Source of the DNA: Glycera tridactyla
Taxonomy: Eukaryota
Assembly (NCBI GenBank): GCA_965644265.1
Contig: OZ286461.1
Span: 35,650,001 to 35,714,000, forward strand
Direction of reading: 5' to 3'
DNA: 64,000 nt
Made by a program: the position numbers and the translations under genes. The notes beneath the pieces were generated by a model. That model saw nothing but the letters and a program-made list of their open reading frames with translations. It did no database searches and was not told where the DNA came from. Positions 9,201 through 20,232 of the stretch are shown one piece after another (within the stretch, counting starts at the first letter, position 1; the number at the start of each line of letters is the position of its first letter).

Positions 9201-11831
9201 NNNNNNNNNNNNNNNNNNNNNNNNNNNNNNNNNNNNNNNNNNNNNNNNNNNNNNNNNNNNNNNNNNNNNNNNNNNNNNNNNNNNNNNNNNNNNNNNNNNN
9301 NNNNNNNNNNNNNNNNNNNNNNNNNNNNNNNNNNNNNNNNNNNNNNNNNTAAAAATGAGTAACTAATATTCACTTATGGTCATGCCTTGTTTATTCTCCG
9401 CTTGTAGATGCACCAGTTGTTTCTTCACCGAGTACAGGTGAGTGGAGACAAAATCTAGAGTTTCATTTCGATGGCTCAGCGCAATACTAGGATAACTCAC
9501 TATAGAGTTAGCCTAGTATTGCACTGAGCCATCGATTTGTTCATAGTTCTTGTTAGGATGATTGGCTCCCCATGAGGACCAGTTCTGGATTTCTGGGGCT
9601 GTGACTAGGTTTACTAGGAAGTGTGATGATATTGCCCTGCGAGCATGAGGCAACCATAATCGTGAAGCGGGTTTGTAGTTGACTTTGAACATGTTGGTCG
9701 AGTGTTCTCCGAACATAGTACTTTTTCTTGTTCTGCCCTTTGCTCAAGATGAAACTGTCTGAACTTCCAGCTACTTCCACTTGACAACCTCTCAGCTTCC
9801 CCCATTTTCTTGTGTTCAGGGTTTGTGTAAGTGATGTCTGTAGGGGATAGAGATCTAGTTTTTTTCGGCTAGGAATATGCAGCATACTTGATCCTCAGGG
9901 GTGATACATGCCGTTGAATCTCAACCACACTAAACCCATTGAGAAGTTCAGTTGTAGTCACATACAGTATTTGCATCTCTGTAGATCCAACCTGTAGTTT
10001 CCTGGTGATATGTATAGTCATAAATTAAAAGAATGACAATAAGTCTGGGCCTCTCTAACCCTTGTCCTAATTCTTGTATAACTTCTTTCAGGGCGGAATT
10101 ATATTGGTGTGAGCTTAGGTGTCTTCTTTGGTGTGGTGGTAGTGCTTGTTTTAGCTGGCCTTGGAGCATGCACATATCTGAGGTAAGTATTTCAAGTTCA
10201 GTAACAGTCCATGCTGCTGATTTACAGATGCCATCAGACCTGTAGCTCTCCTGGTATTTCACTCTATCTGGCATCATGGAACCTGCAATCAGTGGATTTC
10301 AAACATTACTCTGTCTCTTGCAAGATGGTCCAAAGACTATATCCTTCTTCTTTGAGTAGGCCTACCAAATGCACACGTACAATACAATGACATACATGTA
10401 AATACAGGGCAAAAATAACAGAACAAGTCAAGGATGGAGATGGGAATATCATGGAATGCATTGAATATGACAATCACTGATGTCAGACCATTTTTGGTGA
10501 CATTCAGTGCAGTCTCTTGTCACAGATTTCACTGTTCACAATGTACATGTCATCCTCTTGCTTTTTGAACATCTTCACCCACTAGAAGATGTATATTAGT
10601 TGTGTTTATCATACTTTGCCTACATTCCATGGATAATCCTGGAGGTATTTTTGTAGTGAGATTTTTATGTCTCTTGAATGAATCAATTGTTTCAATCTTT
10701 CATTTTCCACGGTGTAATGAATCCCAATATCTTGCTGAGCAATCATCAAAATGCCTTTCACAGAAAACAAGATGTAACTAGCCTAGATATCACCAGAAAT
10801 CCCATCTTGAAAAGGCAGTGGTCTCCATGTTTTGAGGTGTGTACAGTGAACCCTGCGACGAGAGACACCCCCCCCCCCCCCCCCCCCGACGAGAGACCAC
10901 CTCAGATGGGAGACCAATTTTTCAGGACAGCTTTTCTATTTGACATAGTCAAATATACCTGTGACGAGAGACCACCTTTTTTGAGAGACCACTTTTTGGT
11001 GACGTTTAGGGTGGTCTCTCATTGCAGGTTTCACTTGTATGTCAATTAAGGAGCTGCCCCACTAATGCAGTCAGCTGATATTTGATCTCATTTTGCTTAC
11101 AGGCAACGCAAAACAGGGGAAGCTTACAAGGAATCAGTGGCCTTTGAAAATCCGGGATATTCCAGTGCACACGATGCCAGAGTGAGTATTATAACATCTT
11201 CGAGTAATCGACAGGATCAAAACAGAAACGGGAAATCTAAAATGAGAGAACTACCATGGCTAGTTGTATGAGACTTAGTTACTACTCAAGAATAGTCCAT
11301 ATCCATGTTTCCATTTATCCAGAGTTTGTAACACATTTTTGGGACCTCTTTTCAAGGCAATCAGGGGCCACAATGTGCCCAAAATAAGCAATAAGGCTGC
11401 ACTTTTGGATATCATGGGAACCCATTCTGGTAAATTTCGAGAAAAAAAAACCCACTTTTCATAAATTTGTAGAGGAAGATGCCCTCAATTTTGTGGATGC
11501 TAGATGCATCCCTGCTATTGTATATTCTCTGTTTTCACTATATATTATTATTGCATACATCATTCATGTTGAATAGGTGATTGGGCTACCAACATATACA
11601 GACAACGAGAGTAAAGCCTCCGCCATTATGACAGAAGATGATGCCAGTGACCAGGGATACAATACTCTATCGTCCCCATCCAATGGCCATGTACAGATGC
11701 CGTCCAGCAGTTATGCAACACTTGATGTCAGTGATCCCGCAGGTTCGGACGCTGCACACACTGCCTTCGCTAACGTCTTACATCATCCCGTGCCGTCATC
11801 TGCAAATGATGCCGGCTTTTCAGAAATGTGA
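78..11831 (+). CDS. Spliced gene (5' part outside window): type I membrane protein FN3-Ig-Ig-DB-FN3-FN3-TM, Ig-like/fibronectin type III/DB-module (IGDB-like) family
   Basis: 14 exons with canonical AG/GT and matching phases: 78-207, 612-863, 1347-1664, 2023-2091, 3068-3205, 3902-4054, 6103-6260, 7195-7321, 7759-7916, 8535-8670, 9408-9437, 10092-10182, 11103-11181, 11577-11831. They sum to 2094 nt = 697 aa + TGA with no internal stop. Confidence 0.9.
612..863 (+). CDS. Exon: Ig domain 1
   Basis: VTLTC...ISW...AGKYTC; ttttcag/gtgagt; 252 nt, phase 1-1; inside ORF 536-871. Confidence 0.92.
1347..1664 (+). CDS. Exon: Ig domain 2
   Basis: VHLLC...IYW...DYGTYTC; ttttcag/gtgagt; 318 nt, phase 1-1. 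Confidence 0.92.
2023..2091 (+). CDS. Exon: linker (EPVEGDVTTVEPIRPVSAGPNVT)
   Basis: ttttcag/gtgagt; 69 nt, phase 1-1, in frame with both neighbours. Confidence 0.8.
2796..2972. mobile_element. Tc1/pogo-type MITE, 177 bp
   Basis: TA-cagttgaacttgtcctaagc ... gcttaggacaagtttgaccg-TA. Relatives at 62494-62581 and about 39700-39792. Confidence 0.8.
3068..3205 (+). CDS. Exon: DB module, first half (ACCIHEQVSQQCMEACSFDIDLSALSRAGNPLQCVTDLPSIIQCAA)
   Basis: tttgcag/gtatgc; 138 nt, phase 1-1; CCxxxxVxxxCxxxC pattern. Confidence 0.85.
3724..3915 (+). repeat. 64-bp x3 tandem repeat spanning an intron/exon boundary
   Basis: Units start at 3724, 3788 and 3852. Confidence 0.95.
3902..4054 (+). CDS. Exon: DB module, second half (DGRNHSVCCHNNGVPNVCVPFCSG...ECVQHANTIINCMEEGH)
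   Basis: tttacag/gtgagt; 153 nt, phase 1-1; DGRNHxxCCxxxGVPxxCxxxC signature. Confidence 0.88.
4118..4470. mobile_element. Tc1/pogo-type MITE carrying a nested hAT-like insert (4257-4425)
   Basis: TA-cagttgaacctg ... caggtttgactg-TA. Collinear with the 175-bp copy at 12686-12860 apart from about 177 extra bp. Confidence 0.8.
5045..5950. mobile_element. Long TA-flanked non-autonomous DNA transposon, 906 bp
   Basis: TA-cagtgaaacctgt ... acaggttttactg-TA; subterminal cgaccacctgtc repeats; no transposase ORF. Confidence 0.8.
6103..6260 (+). CDS. Exon: FN3 domain A, first half (QLIPSKPRNVRA...HVEWDQP...QIYRVDY)
   Basis: gttgtag/gtgagt; 158 nt, phase 1 to 0. Confidence 0.88.
6664..6899. mobile_element. 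hAT-like MITE, 236 bp
   Basis: Perfect TIR cagtgtccaatc/gattggacactg; flanks gttaac and gtcaac. Confidence 0.7.
7195..7321 (+). CDS. Exon: FN3 domain A, second half (PASETDVLLSSILGMTTYTIIVTAVNHYGSSHPS)
   Basis: ctttcag/gtgagt; 127 nt, phase 0 to 1. Confidence 0.88.
7345..7745 (-). mobile_element. Penelope-like element relic (GIY-YIG endonuclease C-terminus and 3' end), antisense in an intron
   Basis: Minus strand reads DKVKKLDKTG / degenerate YVG.T.R / SEHRR...HHF...VSILYQEDGWFKRGVTEAIYIAQLEPTLNQD, matching the recalled PLE pattern H.F...IL..E..WF.RG..EAI.I....P.LN.D. Confidence 0.75.
7759..7916 (+). CDS. Exon: FN3 domain B, first half (ELAPSSPEHLRG...LYWNIP...SHYKVHF)
   Basis: atttcag/gtgagt; 158 nt, same length and phases as the FN3-A first half. 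Confidence 0.88.
8535..8670 (+). CDS. Exon: FN3 domain B, second half (VTIGGAKTNYLISNLLEHTTYEFYVTA...)
   Basis: ttttcag/gtatgt; 136 nt, phase 0 to 1. Confidence 0.88.
9408..9437 (+). CDS. 30-nt micro-exon, juxtamembrane stalk (DAPVVSSPST)
   Basis: cttgtag/gtgagt; phase 1-1, frame-preserving. Confidence 0.7.
9468..9535. other. 68-nt near-perfect inverted repeat (hairpin) in an intron
   Basis: 31-nt arms with 2 mismatches and a 6-nt loop (actata). Confidence 0.85.
9585..9930 (+). mobile_element. Dispersed tailed repeat (family R; probable retroelement 3' end)
   Basis: Shares the core gtctgaactgtcagctacttccacttgacaacctttcaggttcccc...gatacatgccgttaaac and a CAAC/CAAA-rich tail with copies at about 13428-13590, 13925-14130, 15398-15600, 18157-18310, 22412-22605, 23760-24105, 32252-32430, 35383-35425 and 56000-56450. 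Confidence 0.7.
10092..10182 (+). CDS. Exon: transmembrane helix (GRNYIGVSLGVFFGVVVVLVLAGLGACTYLR)
   Basis: ctttcag/gtaagt; hydrophobic run of about 23 aa; phase 1 to 2. Confidence 0.9.
10844..11037. mobile_element. Tc1/pogo-type MITE (gagagaccac subfamily)
   Basis: TA-cagtgaaccctg ... caggtttcacttg-TA. Relatives at 27461-27652, 57941-58118 and about 63740-63844. Confidence 0.8.
11103..11181 (+). CDS. Exon: membrane-proximal tail (QRKTGEAYKESVAFENPGYSSAHDAR)
   Basis: gcttacag/gtgagt; phase 2 to 0; basic stop-transfer residues and FENPGY. Confidence 0.87.
11577..11831 (+). CDS. Terminal coding exon (VIGLPTY...QGYNTL...SSYATL...FSEM*)
   Basis: gaatag acceptor, phase 0; equals ORF 11577-11831. 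Confidence 0.8.
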   Translation: MIGLPTYTDNESKASAIMTEDDASDQGYNTLSSPSNGHVQMPSSSYATLDVSDPAGSDAAHTAFANVLHHPVPSSANDAGFSEM

Positions 11832-12685
11832 TGCTGTAACTGAGTTTTGTTTCATGTCATTATCATCCATCCTCATTTCACTGGCGACGGAAGGGACAAT
11901 TGTCTGATGTAAATACCTTCTGGTAGCAGTTGATCATCCCCCAATGTGAATTGTTCAAACTATAGGTATTCCCAGACATTTGTAGCAAGGTCCATTTGGG
12001 AAAGTGTGAAGCAATACAATGGAATGATAGACCATTACAGATGGTCAAAATATATGTTCAGTTTATTCATGATGGCATAAATGGAAAGTCATTTGTCAAT
12101 GAGTGGCTGAAGTAGGATTCATGGGCCCTGATTTGAGAAAAACATTGCCCGTCAAAGGCATGAGGACGCGTCCAAGTATTGCCAATTTCATGATGTGTCT
12201 TGAGGCATGGAACTCACCCACCCTCCTGCTATCACTTCCATGCTTTGGGCAGAATCCTGGTTTTTTATAATGGTTTGACTCTACAGCCTTGAGTATTGTG
12301 TTGAATATCCAGCCTGCGGTAATTGTGATTTGATAAATCGCGTTGAGTCGCTTAGTTTATCCATGTCTACCACTCCAGTGTCTCCATCATCTTATGATAT
12401 AATTTTAGTTGATGCATTGTTATGTATTGCCAAATTCTTTCATTTTCAAATAATGATATGCAAAGTAAGTAAAAGCACCCACTCAAACAATTGATTCCTT
12501 AGCTCTATAATGATCTGAGTATGTGATGTGGAGTGCAAAGCTGAAATATTGTTAAGACAATTTGATCTCATCCTGGAACATATGACAGTAGAAACATATG
12601 AGTGTGCATACATGATTTCTGTCATTGAAATAACTACTATACTGATTGCAACCTTGGTAGTCGAATGCTAAAGTCAGTAGATTTA

Positions 12686-12860
12686 CAGTCTAACCTGTCC
12701 TAGGCAGCCACTGTACTAAGCAGCCACCTGCCCTAAGCAGCCACTTTTGAATTTCCCACCAGGGGGTTTTCCACTATAATTAACCTGCTCTAAGCAGCCA
12801 CCTGCCCTAAGCAGCCACTTTGCCTTCCCAAAGGGTGGCTGCTTAGGACAGGTTTGACTG
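12686..12860. mobile_element. Tc1/pogo-type MITE, 175 bp
   Basis: TA-cagtctaacctgtcc ... ggacaggtttgactg-TA; internal taagcagccac repeats. Confidence 0.85.
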
Positions 12861-15800
12861 TAGTTTGATTCCTTTGGTCAGCACATGCTTTTAAACCAAA
12901 AACAACCCACCAGCTATCATTACTGCTCATATCTGCATACATGTACACATTCCATTACAATGGATTCTGATTCAATGATGACGAAGTCATTGATTGGTGA
13001 TATTAGCATGTATTTCCGCATGATGGAAGTTTCAGTTGATTTGTATGATGCTCGTGGTTTGTTTTAAGTTTTGCTGGCATTTCATATGCTACACACGTGG
13101 GAATGTGATCTGTGATGGCACATGAAATATTAGTGTTGCACATTGGACTAAAGAATATCAAATGTGATAATCTTTCTTTGAATATGGTTTTCTTCATTTC
13201 TATTCCTCATAGTTGTTATCTCACTTACATCTTCTTACATACTTACAGAGGTTAACGTCTCCAATTAATCAAACAATGTCTATGATGTGGATGAGCTAAG
13301 AAAATAATGAAGCAAAAAATTCCTCATTTGTCTGAATTGGAGAAATCATGGTTTGCCATCTCTTTGAATAATCCTGCCGGAATCCAGATTCCTGAAATTA
13401 TCAAAGGTTTATTATGTATATTCAGATTAGGTAGAGGTGTGTCTGAACTGTTAGCTACTTCCACTTGACAACCTTTCAGGTTCCCCATCAACTTGTGTTC
13501 AGGGTTCATGAGAGTGATGTCTGCAGGGGAGAGAACATCTAGCTTTCATTAACTAGGAACACGTGAAGGCATATAGATCCATTGAATATTAAAATAACTT
13601 CACACATCATCAAATGTAGTGGACCAGATGTGTTTTGTATGCCTTTGTATCCTGCTTTTATGATACTTGTATATTTCATGTAGTTCCAAATAGCATTTGT
13701 GTTTTGTTGAATTAAGCTCAAGAGGCTTGTCTATGTGATCATGTATAATATCTTTTCAGTGACGGGTCATATGCAAAATGATTACTTCAACTGCAACAAT
13801 CAATATGCTTCTGTAGCTCCAATATCAAGATCATGTTTCCTATGCTCCACCCTTATTGATGCATGATATCAACTCAATGCTGAGGAAAGCAACAAGAAAT
13901 CTGCAGCTTAGGACTTATTATGTTTTTGTAGAGCAGGTAGAGTTATGTCTGAACTGTCAGCTACATCCACTAGACAACCTTTCAGGTTCCCCATCATCTT
14001 GTGTTTAGGGTTTGTGAGAGTGATGTCTGCAGGGGAGAGAACATCTTGGTTTCATCAACCAGGAACACACGCCATACATAACCCTAGTGTTGATACATGC
14101 CGGTAAACCTCAAACAAACAAGCCGAACCAATTGCCAAATATCGTTGCTAGGTAGTGCGCTTACGGAACTGTGCATGTAAAGTGCCATCCAAGATTGCAC
14201 CCATGACGTTGGCGCGACTACAACCAAGCTGAACATAAACAGAGGACTCCAGGGTCGGCTAAAAAATACCTTCAACCAGATTGGATCCCTTTTGTTGGTT
14301 GTTAGACTAGCTATACTCAACACCTCATTGAACACCTTAGCCTGATACATTTTGTCATGTCGGGTACTGGGCATCAGGTCTGAAAAATGGACATGACATT
14401 GACTGAATGTAAGATCAAGAAAGATTTGTGATCTCATACCTGGTGTTTGAAATTGTATTGGCATACCTGTTTGTATGACCTCTATTGAACAGCATCTTGA
14501 CAGATCAATTTCACTTCATCATACTTCGATAGCAGTTTTCCGGTTTGGCCAGTTTGCCAGATGATTCAATTGAAACGGGGACACCATGAGAGACAGATCT
14601 GAACCCCACTACTCCTCGGGCAATTGACATAGCAGGCATGTTCAGACTTTTGAAAGACCTATGTGAAAGACACTCATTGGAAACTACATGTAATCACATG
14701 TCAAAAATATCTTCACCATTTAGGTACCTATAATCTATCTTGACAAACTGGCAGTTATGTTCGCACAGATGGGGTTGATATATTTTTGTTTGTATCCACA
14801 TCTTGCTGTATATATGATGGACATCCGGGAGAAATACAATATTTCACCTGTGCTGAGATGTATATATTTTTAAAAAATCTCAAGCTGTAACTTACACATC
14901 CATGTTTTACAAAGTATATAATGATATTTTTTGTACAGTCCATATAGGTCTATATATATTTAAATTTATGAGCTGACTTTTTGTTGTGAATTGTGATTAT
15001 CATGATCGTCATTGTCATCATAGTCATCATCATCTTCATCATCATCATCAATTATCCATCATTATTTCGTGTTTGAATTTATAATGTTATTCCATGAAAA
15101 AGCTTCCATTGCAGATTTAGTTTCTATGACACATGGTGTCGCCTAGATTTTGGCAGCAATATCATGGTGTTCTGTCTCCATGAAAAGACATTGCCAACTC
15201 ATCAAAACTTTGTTGCATAATTTTTACTTTCATGTTTGCTTTCATTCAAATGGCATGTTATAATAGATGTTGAGATCTCCAACTTACATACATTCTTTCA
15301 ACAGTGGAAATGAATATAGAGGAATGCATATCATACTTTCTTTATTGGGATAGAACGAGGGAATGCAGGATCTCTTGGGATAAACTATGTTTATGTTTTG
15401 TAGGTAGAGGTGTGTCTGAATTGTCAGCTACTTTCATTTGTCAACTTTCAGGTTCCCCATTATCTTGTGTTAAGGGTTTATGTAAGTGATGCCTGCAGGG
15501 GACTGAATATCCAGCTTTCATTGACTAGAAACATATGGCATACATGGTTTTCTGGGTCGATACATGCCTTTAAATGTCAATCAATCAATCGATCAATCTC
15601 TTTGGATGATAAACATGTCACCACCTGAGATGATTTGGCATCCCTACTTTTATCTCATGTAAATTTGGTCTCGCAGTCAAAAAAGAGCTCATCAAAATTT
15701 CCATTCATCTGTCAAATTTAGATGACACTATCATCAGGCTCCTTTCTCTCCAAATTTGTTCTATCATTCAGAACTCTGACTTGGGTCTCAGGCGAAAGTG

Positions 15801-16594
15801 GCTGATGGTTCACATTCAAGTTACCTTTTAACAAGAGCGCAAAGCTGCGCTGAGTGATCTCCGATGAGAAAAAAAAATCCTCGAATCGCCGTCTTTCGTG
15901 CGAGTGGTGATCTCTGATTGGCTGGATTCACGCACGCAATCTACAACTTCATTCATGAATCGGCGCAGTGATCCATGAAAGCTTGTAATGAGGTGCGAAC
16001 AAGAAGCACTACTTTACACTCCTATAAACGATCGTATCAACCAAAACATGGATTTTTTCGAGATTTATGCATACAGATAAGACAGACGGATGTCAAAGGA
16101 TCAATACAGATGGTTCGATACTACAGTATGTTTTGCATTTCTCCATAAAACCTGGTAATGAGGTGCGAACTAGAGGCACTACTTTTTTCAAGTGGGCGTG
16201 GCCAAGGAGCTTTATTGACAGACATCTACTATTTGTGCGTAGCTATACATCTCTGAGCCGTCGTATCTGTGTGCTTCGGTAATCGGCAACAAAAACGAAT
16301 GTATGGCGAAATGCCCATTACGTAATCGCTACATTTCCTCAAATTGTCGTTAATCAGATCGATAAATCATCTTGAAATGTGTTAGATTAGATCATTCGAT
16401 CTTTTTATACAGACCCGATCAAGATTCGTTTGATTATATCAGCCTCCAGAGTCAGAATCGGCGAAGTTAGAAAGCATTTCGAGCAGAGAGGTGGCGGCAT
16501 AGTGATCTCCAACGGAGATCACAAAAAGCAATTACCAGACACAGCTGGGCTGCAGCAGGGGCATTGATTTGCAAGCATAAACTGGAAAGAATCA

Positions 16595-16713
16595 CAGTCA
16601 AACCTGCTAAAGAGGCCACCTCTGTACGAAAGCCAACTGCCTATAAGGGCCACCTCTCCACAAAGGCATCTTTTCATGTGACCAAGAATGGTCTTTGTAG
16701 ATGGTTTCCACTG
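16595..16713. mobile_element. Degenerate CAGT-type MITE
   Basis: cagtcaaacctg ... ggtttccactg with ggccacctct repeats. Confidence 0.55.
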
Positions 16714-17030
16714 AATAAGATTCCCTGTTCAGGACCAAACATTCCCTCGTTCAAATTAATTGTCAGCCTTCAGCTCATTACAAATCTGTGCCATGAATTT
16801 GGTTCTCATACATTTTGTATGACATCCTTTTGACAGGAGGTATAATTCGTCGCTAGAGTCCTCATAGAAAGAACCTCCTATGAAATATTATGCTGCTTAT
16901 TATGGTGATGTATGAATTGATCCAGAGAAATCCATCTTTATATCATTTATATATTGTATGATTACTGTCTCGTGTATTTACTACTACGAATCATCATGAA
17001 CATAGACCGGTAAATGTTATCTAAAACATA

Positions 17031-17434
17031 TCATGTATTGTAGTCATGTACCACTTACAAGAAGACAGCCCACCCAAGCATGCACAATGAACCCCACCCN
17101 NNNNNNNNNNNNNNNNNNNNNNNNNNNNNNNNNNNNNNNNNNNNNNNNNNNNNNNNNNNNNNNNNNNNNNNNNNNNNNNNNNNNNNNNNNNNNNNNNNNN
17201 NNNNNNNNNNNNNNNNNNNNNNNNNNNNNNNNNNNNNTTCATCATTATATTATGTTTAAGTATGTATTATTAGTGTCTTAATGGATGTTTACCATTGGGT
17301 GAATGAGTTAGATCTGTTTATTGTATTGGATAAACTGCATCAAGTCATGTATTGTATTGTAGTCATGTACCACTTACAAGAAGACAGCCCACCCAAGCAC
17401 GCACAATGAACCCCACCCACCCGCCTACCTGCCC

Positions 17435-17520
<86 letters not shown>

Positions 17521-17651
17521 GCACATACTCATACACTCAGCCATGAAGTTCATCCTCATATTATGTTTAAGTATGTATTATTAGTGTCTTAATGGATGTT
17601 TACCATTGGGTAAATGAGTTAGATCTGTTTATTGTATTGGATAAACTGCAT
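17031..17651. repeat. Tandem duplication (about 310 bp) around a (CA)n tract / N run
   Basis: Both flanks repeat with a few substitutions. Confidence 0.8.
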
Positions 17652-17711
17652 AAAGAAACAGAGCAGTCAATGCTCTGTTTATCTCGCGGCAGACTTTTGG
17701 TTATTATGGTG

Positions 17712-17893
17712 CAGTGGAACCTATTCAAGAGACCACCTCTACAATAGAAAGCCACTGCCTCCGAAGCCCATGATGCTGAGCCGTGACTGCCAGAGTATTT
17801 TCCTTAGTAAATTCCCTCTCTACAAAGGCCACCTCTCTACAAACGCTAATTTATGTCGCAAGTGAGTGTGGTCTTTGTAGACAGGTTTAACTG
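17712..17893. mobile_element. CAGT-type MITE
   Basis: cagtggaacct ... caggtttaactg-TA. Confidence 0.7.
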
Positions 17894-18010
17894 TACTACT
17901 ATCATGAAGCATTATTCATCTGTGGGGTGGTTGCAATGGACCATGGTTGATAGGTGAACAGCTCCTTATTCACATTTGCTACCAGGGCTATGGCTATAAA
18001 TAGTGAAATA

Positions 18011-18073
18011 CAGTCAAACCTGCTCTAAAGACCACCTCTATAAAGACCACCCCTCTATTGACAGGTTCAACTG
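18011..18073. mobile_element. 63-bp minimal CAGT-type MITE
   Basis: TA-cagtcaaacctg ... caggttcaactg-TA. Confidence 0.75.
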
Positions 18074-20232
18074 TATATGTTCTCCATGTATCAGAAACAT
18101 AGGGCAAGATAAACTTATCAGATCTAGCGTGAAATGATGGAGACATCATTTAGGGAACCTCTCTGGTACCCCATCATTTTGGATTCAAGCTTTGTGTTAG
18201 TGATGCATGCAGGGAACAGAATAGGCAACTTCCATAGACCAGGAACACATAGCATAAATAATCCTTTAGATTGATACATGTTGTTCAACCCAAATCAACA
18301 CACCAACTATTTGTAAGCCTGATAAGCTTTGTTATACTCCTTGAAAGCTATTGTCCACAAGATTCATTCACTTTCAAGACATTTATATTTGCAGATATGC
18401 TACATGGTTAATGGAAGCTAGATGTAATCCATTTTATGTTCAGAGATTGCAAGATTTTTGATCTTACGGGAAAAAGTATCCTGCGCGCAAAATGTCTCAG
18501 ACACATGATAGACATAATTCCATGTGTTTGTGCATGCCCTTACACTTGAAGTAATCTGACAGTCATAGCCTCTCTAAGAGATGATATAAGGAGTATTTAT
18601 TCAATAACCATGGTGTAATGTGAAAAAACAGTGTCTAAGGAGTCACTAATTCATATATAGTTGGGATTATTATTTACTTTCCTTGTTTAAATATCATATG
18701 TTTTTTGTGGATCTGATGTGAGTATTTTTTATTCAGGGAGTAACTCAAGATTTTGAGATCTTAACACAACAACTTTTTGACTAATAGTTCCTTCTGCAGA
18801 GGAATGTCTGTACAAAGGTGAATTTTGTATATTTTTTCAGAAGGCATAATAATGTAAAACATGTCCACATTCGGGTATATCATATTTGTTCTGTTGGTTT
18901 GTTTGTGTATGTAAGATACATATAAATGATACAGTTATTTTATAAAGTAAGTACTTTGTCTTTGTTTTTGTTCATTGCTTACACCAGTTCATCGTCAGCT
19001 GGTGATGAGTATTCATAATCTTCCATACATCACTAAGGTGGAGTACCAATCGAACACTCACCATGATCAGTCAATACCTGGGGAAAAAAAATACTTCACT
19101 ATCATTTTCAATTAATACAGCACTGACGAGAGGCTGCCTGTCTCAAGAAACCTAATTCTTAAGAACATACCACTTGCAGGATTTGCTACCTCTTCCTTCT
19201 AGTGGTAAAATAAAGGCACTATTGATCTATAGATGTGAGCAAATGAAGAATCAGGATGTCAACAGAGAAGCCAGCAATTACGATTTTGGGGTAATGATTA
19301 CTCTTTCTGAGCTAAAGTTTTGGCATTTTACCCATAACATTGCTCCACAAATCTAGTACACCGCTTTTCCCTCATAGCATATATTCCAATGTTTCTCTCA
19401 GAACCTGGCATCATTGTTTAGGCAAGAGCATTCTCAATTCCAGCTCCGAATTACTCATGCTGTTGGGGTTTTCATATGAACCCTCTGGAGAGGCTTATTT
19501 GCAACGAGAACACCCGGTTGAAAGGTATATCAGAAATCCATTGTTCTTAGTATGACTGATGACCTGTTTTTGACTAAAATCAATTTGATTTTGACAGAAT
19601 GTGAGAGACGTTTTCAACTAATGCGTTATCTCCCATCAGATCCATTTAATATAACATGAATATGGTGAATAAGTTTCATAGTCCCGTGAGGTGGGTAAAA
19701 TTCAAAGTATACCAGCAGCATCGAAAATCCAGCATAATGATATGATTGGACTGCCATACCATATGTGTTGAAACTGCCCTTGTAGACACAAAGGTTTCTA
19801 AGATATAGATATTGAGTCTATTATTGAATGTGTTGGGCAGCAAGTAATCACTATCATTATATTAAGATTTATGTGATGAGGGTTATCCAGACAGGAACAT
19901 TTACAAAGAGTTACTTCATGTATTTTTCAAACCAAGTCAGGCTTCGGTATGTAATATGTAAGCTCACAAACTTGGATATAAGATCCCGTGACGCGATTCA
20001 TGGTCAAGAAGGCATATCTTCCATGACAAATCACAAATGTATCACATGCACAATCTCATGTGATCAATAATGTTGGCCAAGTACAGTTGGTGATTTCATA
20101 TCTGCTCACAGTTGAAATAGGTACCTGTATCACACTGGGTGTTCAGAACTCACCTGCTTCGACATAATTCCAGGGAACTTCCACTGGGAATTTACATGTG
20201 TTCTGGAATATGTTATGGTATTAGTTATTGTA

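Noticed and set aside
9495-9505. T7-promoter-like actcactatag as vector contamination
   Set aside because: Only 11 nt match, it is embedded in the genomic hairpin, and there is no other vector sequence.
11832-19000. Poly(A) site of the Ig/DB/FN3 gene
   Set aside because: No unambiguous AATAAA with supporting context; the 3' UTR end cannot be placed.
19123-19150. Hammerhead candidate ctgacga-stem-aagaaac
   Set aside because: Two extra bases before GAAA and no proper stem III / NUH pairing.
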